Source: Candidatus Peribacteria bacterium (GTDB lineage: Bacteria > Patescibacteriota > Gracilibacteria > Peribacterales > Peribacteraceae). Taken from it: DNA of 64,000 bases. Of the stretch, positions 58,150-64,000 are shown one piece after another. The stretch is taken from contig JBEPVF010000004.1 in assembly GCA_041691135.1 (NCBI GenBank), forward strand, positions 64,001 to 128,000, in the 5' to 3' direction. A model generated the notes under the pieces. That model searched no databases. It worked only from the letters and a program-made list of their open reading frames with translations, and had not been told where the DNA came from. Each line of letters opens with the position of its first letter. Positions within the stretch are counted from its first letter, which is position 1. The position numbers and the translations under genes were made by a program.

Positions 58150-59622
58150 TCAGGATTTGATAAGAGCGTTTACATTTTGTAGCCGCTTCACCGTTTCTTC
58201 CTTCCCGACGCTGGCAGCTACTTCATAGGCTCCCGGACTGTAATCTCGACCTGTCACTGCCGCCCGCAACACCCACAGAAGCTGCCCGCGCTTGAAGCCT
58301 GAATCGGTCAGTGCCTGTTCCAATGCGTTCTTGATGCCATCGGCTGTCCAATTTGCATCGGCCATTCCTTCGAGAGTCTTCGTCAGTAAATCCAGAATCG
58401 TCGCCAGAATATCCGTCGTCACTTTCTGCTTAGCGCTCAGAATGACGTCCATGTTTACCGCCGGTTCTTGATAAAAATATGACAGCATGTCTGGCGCTTC
58501 GTGGAAGAAGATGATGCGTTCCTGAATCAGCGCTACTCGTTCCAAAAATTTCGGATCGGTGAGGGCTGCAGAGTACTGCTCACCGACATCTTCGCGGATA
58601 CGATCGGCAAAGTCTTGCAGTGGAAGTTTGCGCATCCACTGGCCCTGCAGCCAATCCAGTTTTTCCAGATCGAAAATAGCGCCGGCCTTCTGCGCACGGT
58701 CCAGCGAGAATTGCTGGATCAATTCCTCCAGTGTGAAAATTTCCTGCGTCGTGCCGGGGTTCCAGCCGAGCAAAGCCAGGAAGTTTATCAGCGCTTCGGG
58801 CAAGTAACCTTTGTTGCGATATTCATCAACTGATACGGAATTTTGGCGTTTGCTCAGTTTGCTCTTGTCCTTGTTGAGCAACAGCGACACGTGCGCGTAG
58901 CGCGGAGGAGTCCAGCCGAAGTACTGAAACAGGAGCAGATGTTTGGGCAGGCTGCTCAGCCATTCTTCGCCACGCAATACCACATCGATCTCCATCAAGT
59001 GATCATCGACCACGTGTGCAAGGTGATATGTCGGGAACCCGTCGCTCTTGAGCAGTACCTGGTCGTCAATCGTATCACCGCGGAATGTGACCAGTCCGCG
59101 GATATCGTCTTCGAACGAAATGACCTCGTCGCGCGGGATCTTTAAACGCAGCACGTGGGGTTCGCCTGCAGCAAGCTTCTTGTCGATTTCCTCTGTGCTC
59201 AGTTGCAGGCAATGCCGGTCGTACATCGGTGCTTGATGGGCGGCTTCCTGTTGCTTGCGCATCGCTTCGAGCCGGTCTTTGGTGCAAAAGCAGGGGTATG
59301 CGTAGCCACGTTCATGGAGAAGATCGGCATGCTTGCGGTAGATCTCCAGTCGCTCGGATTGAATGTACGGACCTTTCGCACCTGCTTGCGCCACTTGTCC
59401 ATCCTGCAGGACCACACCTTCGGTCGGCGCCAATCCGGCCCACTGCAAACTGTGGATAATCTGTTCAATCGCGCCCGGTACATTGCGTTCCTGATCCGTG
59501 TCTTCGATGCGCAGCAGAAATTGCCCGCCATTTTGTTTCGCCAGCGCACATGCATAGAGTGCCGTACGAAGACCGCCGACATGCAGAAAACCGGTGGGGG
59601 ACGGGGCGAAGCGGGTTCTCAT
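58150..59622 (-). CDS. gltX: Glutamyl-tRNA synthetase
   Basis: RTRFAPSPTGFLHVGG, LRIEDTD, GPYIQSER, KLSKR, LALLGW. Confidence 0.97.
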   Translation of the reverse strand: MRTRFAPSPTGFLHVGGLRTALYACALAKQNGGQFLLRIEDTDQERNVPGAIEQIIHSLQWAGLAPTEGVVLQDGQVAQAGAKGPYIQSERLEIYRKHADLLHERGYAYPCFCTKDRLEAMRKQQEAAHQAPMYDRHCLQLSTEEIDKKLAAGEPHVLRLKIPRDEVISFEDDIRGLVTFRGDTIDDQVLLKSDGFPTYHLAHVVDDHLMEIDVVLRGEEWLSSLPKHLLLFQYFGWTPPRYAHVSLLLNKDKSKLSKRQNSVSVDEYRNKGYLPEALINFLALLGWNPGTTQEIFTLEELIQQFSLDRAQKAGAIFDLEKLDWLQGQWMRKLPLQDFADRIREDVGEQYSAALTDPKFLERVALIQERIIFFHEAPDMLSYFYQEPAVNMDVILSAKQKVTTDILATILDLLTKTLEGMADANWTADGIKNALEQALTDSGFKRGQLLWVLRAAVTGRDYSPGAYEVAASVGKEETVKRLQNVNALIKS

Positions 59623-59659
59623 AAAAATAGTGTAGACGATACAGAACAAATAGCAGAAC

Positions 59660-59696
59660 GAATTACGACCTGCGTTTGTCGTGCAGGTCGTAATTC
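59660..59696 (-). terminator. Perfect 14-bp hairpin after the cyclophilin
   Basis: GAATTACGACCTGC/GCAGGTCGTAATTC. Confidence 0.7.
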
Positions 59697-59716
59697 TTAA
59701 TTTCTAAGTTGTTTCC

Positions 59717-60496
59717 TTAATTCTTCACCTCTGCTGTAAACGTTATCGGCTCCAACGGCTTGTCCTGCTGATCGCGTTCCACACCGGCAATGGCATCCAC
59801 TGCCTCCATACCGCTCGTCACGGTGCCAAACACAGTGTACTTGCCTTCGAGCCACGTAAGATTATCGCCCTGTACAATAAAGAACTGACTGCCGTTCGTA
59901 TTCGGTCCGCGGTTAGCCATGGCTACCGAACCGCGTTTAAGTGGCAGAGACTGCAATTTGTCGTTGTACGTGTAGCCCTGTTTTTCGTAGTACTGCTGCA
60001 GGGTCAGATTTTTGAGTTCATCCGGGATAGGCTGATCCTTGGCCAGATCGCTCAGGCTCTTCTTGTCGAGACCGTAGCTCTGGGCGTTGATTTCGTCCTC
60101 GAACGTCGCACCGAATACGCTCACGCCGCCCTTGCCGTTGCCATCGGGGTCGCCACCCTGGATCATGAAGCTTGGAATGACGCGATGAAAGGTAAGACCG
60201 TTGTAGTAACCCGACTTGGCGAGCGCAGCGAAGTTTGTAGCGGCTTTGGGCGCTGCATCGGCGTTGAGCTCTATGGTCACATCTCCTTTGGATGTCTTGA
60301 GGACAACCGTGTGCTTGCCCGTCAGAAGAACACCATCGAAGGTGATGGGACGCGCAACGCTACTGGCGGTAGCGTCAGTACTGCTGGCCGATGTGTCGGA
60401 TGATGCGGGAGTAGCGGGGGTTTCGGTCTTTCCGCAACCGACCAAAAGGAAGGCCAGGGCAAAAAGAGGGATGATGAATTTTGGCAAGTTGTGCAT
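59717..60496 (-). CDS. Lipoprotein cyclophilin-type PPIase
   Basis: Lipobox LVGC, Ser/Thr linker, FHRVIPSFMIQGGDP, AMANRGPNTNGSQFFI. Confidence 0.93.
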   Translation of the reverse strand: MHNLPKFIIPLFALAFLLVGCGKTETPATPASSDTSASSTDATASSVARPITFDGVLLTGKHTVVLKTSKGDVTIELNADAAPKAATNFAALAKSGYYNGLTFHRVIPSFMIQGGDPDGNGKGGVSVFGATFEDEINAQSYGLDKKSLSDLAKDQPIPDELKNLTLQQYYEKQGYTYNDKLQSLPLKRGSVAMANRGPNTNGSQFFIVQGDNLTWLEGKYTVFGTVTSGMEAVDAIAGVERDQQDKPLEPITFTAEVKN

Positions 60497-60580
60497 AGGG
60501 CAGCAGACTATCGGCAACAGGGTTCGATCGCAAGCGATACGACAACAGTTTTGCAGGCGTGCAATGGCGGTAGAAAGCAC

Positions 60581-60690
60581 GAAGAGCCAAGACGCCAAAA
60601 ACCAGGGAAATCCAAAATTCAAAATTAGAACAAGCCACCGATTTTTCGGATTTCGAATGTCGTGCTTCGTTCTTAGTTTGGCTCTTCGAT
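60581..60690. repeat. Degenerate heptamer inverted repeat
   Basis: GAAGAGCCAAGACGCCAAAAACCA...TTCGGATTTCGAATGTCGTGCTTCG...TTGGCTCTTC. Confidence 0.6.
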
Positions 60691-60700
60691 ACTCCCTCTA

Positions 60701-61246
60701 CTATTTCATCACCTCCACTGTGAACTTCACTGTCTTCAAGGGCCGGTCGTTCAGCATGGAGCGTTCCGTTTGCGCGATGGCGTGGACCACGTCCTGCCCC
60801 TCCGTCACCCGGCCGAAGATGGTGTAGTGCGGCGGCAGCGGGTAATCGCTTTCCATAATAAAGAACTGACTGCCGTTCGTATTCGGTCCGTGGTTGGCCA
60901 TGGCGACTGATCCGGCTTTGTAACCATCCTGGTACAGCGGAGATCGCGGGTCGATTTCATCTTTGAAGGTCGGGCCGAACACACTCTTGCCGCCCGTTCC
61001 ATCGCCGTTGGGATCCCCGCCTTGGATCATGAAACCGGGAATCACGCGATGAAAGGTAAGACCGTCGTAGTATCCCTGCGTAGCGAGCGTCACAAAATTC
61101 GTCACGGTTTTGGGCGCCACCGTCGCATCGAGCGACAGGACAATGTCTCCCAAATCCGAGTGGAGCGTCACGCGATGGATTCCCGAAAGAAGAGGCACAT
61201 CGACCCGCTCATGCGTTTGGACGCGGGGAGGAGTGTGTGACGACAT
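60701..61246 (-). CDS. Cytoplasmic cyclophilin-type PPIase
   Basis: APKTVTNF, FHRVIPGFMIQGGDP, AMANHGPNTNGSQFFI, YTIFGRV. Confidence 0.95.
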   Translation of the reverse strand: MSSHTPPRVQTHERVDVPLLSGIHRVTLHSDLGDIVLSLDATVAPKTVTNFVTLATQGYYDGLTFHRVIPGFMIQGGDPNGDGTGGKSVFGPTFKDEIDPRSPLYQDGYKAGSVAMANHGPNTNGSQFFIMESDYPLPPHYTIFGRVTEGQDVVHAIAQTERSMLNDRPLKTVKFTVEVMK

Positions 61247-61318
61247 GCGCAAGGGAGAAGATATGATATGAAGACTTGTGTGAGTCTTTGACGGAGCGGA
61301 AGTGTAGGCCTATTTACA

Positions 61319-62458
61319 CTAACTGCCAATGCAATCGAGAAGTATCTTGGCAATATGCTCGGCGGCATCGGGGACGGCGAAGTGTTGCATCGCTTCCTGC
61401 ATCGATGCACGCGAACGTTCATCAAACAGCAGTTCGCGAACTGTCGAAACAATTTCCCGCGGCAGAATATCCTGTTCGATCATCCGGAATCCGCCCATCG
61501 TCGACGCAACTGTCGCATTGGCCAGCTGATGATCCTGCGCCACGCCCCGCAGCGGAACAAGGAGTGTCGGAATACGCAGCACGCTCAGTTCGGCGATACT
61601 GCTGGCGCCGGCACGGCTGATGCATGCATCGGCAATGGCGTACATATGGGCCAAGTCAGCATGAGCAAATGCTCTGATGAAGTAGCCGGGACGCTCCTCT
61701 TTATTTTCTTTGCCTCTGCCGGTCAGATGTATCACATCGCACAGCCCAAGCAGATCATCCAGACGTGCGCGCACGATATCATTGAGGGCCTGTGCGCCCT
61801 GGCTGCCACCCATCACGAGTACAATCGGTCGTGTTCCCGAAAATCCGCACAGGCGGAGGCCTCTCTCTCGTGATCCCTGCAAGACTTCCGGACGCACGGG
61901 GTTGCCGGTAAAAATACGCCGGTGTTCGACGGAAGAGGATTGGCTGCCGGTTGCGGACCGCTTATCATTCGTCGGAAAACCGAGACAAATCACCTTCGCC
62001 CAGCGCGATGCCCAACGGTTCGCTTTACCGCTGACCGCGTCGGATTCGTGAAGAACGATGGGGATGCGCAAATGATGCGCCGCCAATGCCACGGCTGCGC
62101 TCACCGATCCGCCTTTACTGAAGACGACCGCTGGCCGAAAGCGCTGCAGGATGGCGCGTGATTGACGGTACCCCTGCCACAGTCGAAATGGTGCGGAGAC
62201 GGAACGACGAATCAAGGGAAGCTGATCGAACGGTACATCTTCTTTGCGCAAAAAAGCGGCGTCATCCTCGCGCTCCGAACAAATGAAGTGCGCCACCGCG
62301 TCCGGCGATATCGTTTGTATCGCACGCCACACGGCGACCGATGGCGTCAGATGCCCTCCCGATCCTCCGCCCGCAAACAGGATGCGCGGCGCCTGCATCG
62401 TTACTTTGCGCTCACGCGCAGCATTCATCGCACGGCGAATGATGTGGCGGGATTGCAT
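61319..62458 (-). CDS. murG: Lipid II GlcNAc transferase
   Basis: AGGGSGGH, KGGSVS, HESD, TGNPVR, GGSQGA, SRAGASSIAE, HQLANA. Start is 62458 or 62398. Confidence 0.95.
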   Translation of the reverse strand: MQSRHIIRRAMNAARERKVTMQAPRILFAGGGSGGHLTPSVAVWRAIQTISPDAVAHFICSEREDDAAFLRKEDVPFDQLPLIRRSVSAPFRLWQGYRQSRAILQRFRPAVVFSKGGSVSAAVALAAHHLRIPIVLHESDAVSGKANRWASRWAKVICLGFPTNDKRSATGSQSSSVEHRRIFTGNPVRPEVLQGSRERGLRLCGFSGTRPIVLVMGGSQGAQALNDIVRARLDDLLGLCDVIHLTGRGKENKEERPGYFIRAFAHADLAHMYAIADACISRAGASSIAELSVLRIPTLLVPLRGVAQDHQLANATVASTMGGFRMIEQDILPREIVSTVRELLFDERSRASMQEAMQHFAVPDAAEHIAKILLDCIGS

Positions 62459-62548
62459 CAGATATCTCAGCCTAGCAGGCGTGCGGAGAAGCGTCACGAA
62501 AATAATCCTCTGCATCCTTGATCTTTGTTTGTAGAGACAGTGCAATTT

Positions 62549-63745
62549 TTATCCAAAAATAGACGCGAGTCCGCCTGGTCCCTGCTGCTTCCTGGTCCGT
62601 CGGGCCAGGCTCGCTTCTTCTGTTGAGTGCATGGAGATGTTCAGCAAAATGCCGACGCCTGCCAAAAGAGACGACAGCGATGTGCCGCCGTAGCTGATGA
62701 ATGGCAGAGTGAGACCGGTGATCGGGAACAGGCCGATGTTTACCGAAATGTTGATCAGCGTCTGTACGGCGATCCATGTTGTGATGCCGCTGGCGACCAT
62801 GAAGCCGAAGCGGTCAGGCGCGTTCTGGGCGATGCGATAACCGCGAATGACGAGCATCGTGTACATCGAGAGAACGATGAGCAGACGGAAGAAGCCGAGC
62901 TCCTCGGACATGGCCGAGAAAATCATGTCGGCCTGCACCTCCGGCAGATAGCCGAATTTCTGGATCGATTTGCCGTAGCCGACGCCGAAGAATCCGCCGC
63001 TGCCGATGGCGATCAGTGCTTGTTTGATCTGGAATCCTATCGTTTCGGCGATGGTCGGATCGTTGGGTGACAGGAACGCAATAAACCGGGCACGGATGTA
63101 CTGCTTATGTAGAATGATCGGCAAACCCAAAAAGGCGGCCAGTCCTCCGCCGAGCAACAGGTGGAAAATATTGCCGCCGGCGATGAAGAACATCATGCAG
63201 CCGATCGACGAGAGCACAAGGAATGAACCGAGGTCGGGCTCGACGGCGATGATGAACGTGGAGACGAGGAGCACCGTCACGAATGGCAGAAATCCTTCTT
63301 TAAACGTGCCGATCAGCTGTTCGCGTTTCTGCAGCCACACAGCCAGATAAAAGATGAAGGTCAGTTTGAAGTACTCCGAGGGTTGCAGCGAGAACGGGCC
63401 GAGCCGGATCCAGCTGTGCGATGTGCCCCACGCGCCGCCGATGCCTGGGACGAACACGAGGGTTAGGAGCAGCAGAGTTAAAAAGAACAATGGCCGCGCA
63501 TACTGTTCCCACACGCGGTACGGAATTATGGCCGTGGTGAACATGATGCTGAAGCCCAGACATACATGGAAGAAGCTGCGCCACAGATAGAAGGAGTTGT
63601 ACGGATGGCCGGTGGTTCGCATCGTCAGCTGATAGCTTTCGAACACGCTCACGCTGGCGATCATTGCCAACCCGAATAATGTCAGCACCACCGCAATCCC
63701 GAGCAAAAGCAAATCCATCCGGCGGAAATTGGCGAAGCGGATCAT
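62549..63745 (-). CDS. ftsW: SEDS peptidoglycan polymerase FtsW
   Basis: SWIRLG.FSLQPSE, EPDLG, FQIKQALIAIGSGG, YLPEVQADMIF, PITGLTLPFISYGGTS; directly upstream of murG. Confidence 0.92.
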   Translation of the reverse strand: MIRFANFRRMDLLLLGIAVVLTLFGLAMIASVSVFESYQLTMRTTGHPYNSFYLWRSFFHVCLGFSIMFTTAIIPYRVWEQYARPLFFLTLLLLTLVFVPGIGGAWGTSHSWIRLGPFSLQPSEYFKLTFIFYLAVWLQKREQLIGTFKEGFLPFVTVLLVSTFIIAVEPDLGSFLVLSSIGCMMFFIAGGNIFHLLLGGGLAAFLGLPIILHKQYIRARFIAFLSPNDPTIAETIGFQIKQALIAIGSGGFFGVGYGKSIQKFGYLPEVQADMIFSAMSEELGFFRLLIVLSMYTMLVIRGYRIAQNAPDRFGFMVASGITTWIAVQTLINISVNIGLFPITGLTLPFISYGGTSLSSLLAGVGILLNISMHSTEEASLARRTRKQQGPGGLASIFG

Positions 63746-63874
63746 GGATGCGAAGAATAGCGGAAGTTGGAAAGCGGAGTAAGGGTAGAAGTTCAGAATG
63801 AGGGTTTTTCTTCGCAGGTTGTCATCCTCTTTATCTTGATTTCTAATTCCTCTTTCTTCATTCATACTCTCGCT

Positions 63875-64000
63875 ATGTCTCTGTTTTTCATTGTGCTGTC
63901 GCTGAGCTTCGGCATCAGCCTTGCTCTTGATCTCCTCGTGAACTCCACGCTCGTCGCGCGTTTTGCTGTGATCGGTTCGTTCGTGGGATTGCAAAAGACG
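63875..64000 (+). CDS. Probable signal peptidase II, N-terminal part (runs off the window)
   Basis: MSLFFIVLSLSFGISLALDLLVNSTLVARFAVIGSFVGLQKT resembles the LspA start (TM-D...I.GSF.GL before N.G.AF). Catalytic motifs lie outside the window. CATACT 6 nt upstream of the ATG. Confidence 0.55.
   Translation, partial: MSLFFIVLSLSFGISLALDLLVNSTLVARFAVIGSFVGLQKT

Noticed and set aside
59451-59459. DnaA box TGTGGATAA inside gltX
   Set aside because: Isolated, within coding sequence; plausibly chance.
1-64000. Genetic code 25 (TGA=Gly) as in Gracilibacteria
   Set aside because: purH, rnj, ssb and others terminate correctly at TGA, and genes are intact under code 11.

Overview
Chromosomal window, most likely from a CPR bacterium resembling Ca. 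Peribacteria/Peregrinibacteria. This placement is inference from gene content, standard code with TGA stops, and near-absence of Shine-Dalgarno sites. The window spans the probable replication origin (DnaA-box cluster ~21390-21770, directly upstream of dnaN but with no dnaA beside it). Housekeeping genes include purH, recR, smpB, pilD, rnj, pyrB-pyrC, a glmU-like gene, dnaN, mfd, tRNA-Leu(TAG), aspS, nrdR, tsaC, dnaE, a two-OB ssb, murB, gltX, two cyclophilins, murG, ftsW and the start of a probable lspA. The most interesting unexplained elements are: (1) a 9-kb, translationally coupled five-gene operon of secreted Cys-rich proteins (46550-55535); (2) two copies of a module made of a small helical paralogue plus a partner carrying an N-terminal F..H..E-x-R-(x)-L-x-F motif (26318-27159, 34160-36346); (3) highly structured leaders with rare strong SD sites driving unannotated small proteins (45700-46404, 19086-19969); (4) pervasive leaderless promoter architecture; (5) degenerate heptamer repeats, some sitting in-frame inside murB, murG and a signal peptide. 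No CRISPR array, rRNA, integrase or transposase was seen. All product calls come from motif recognition by eye; no database search was run.
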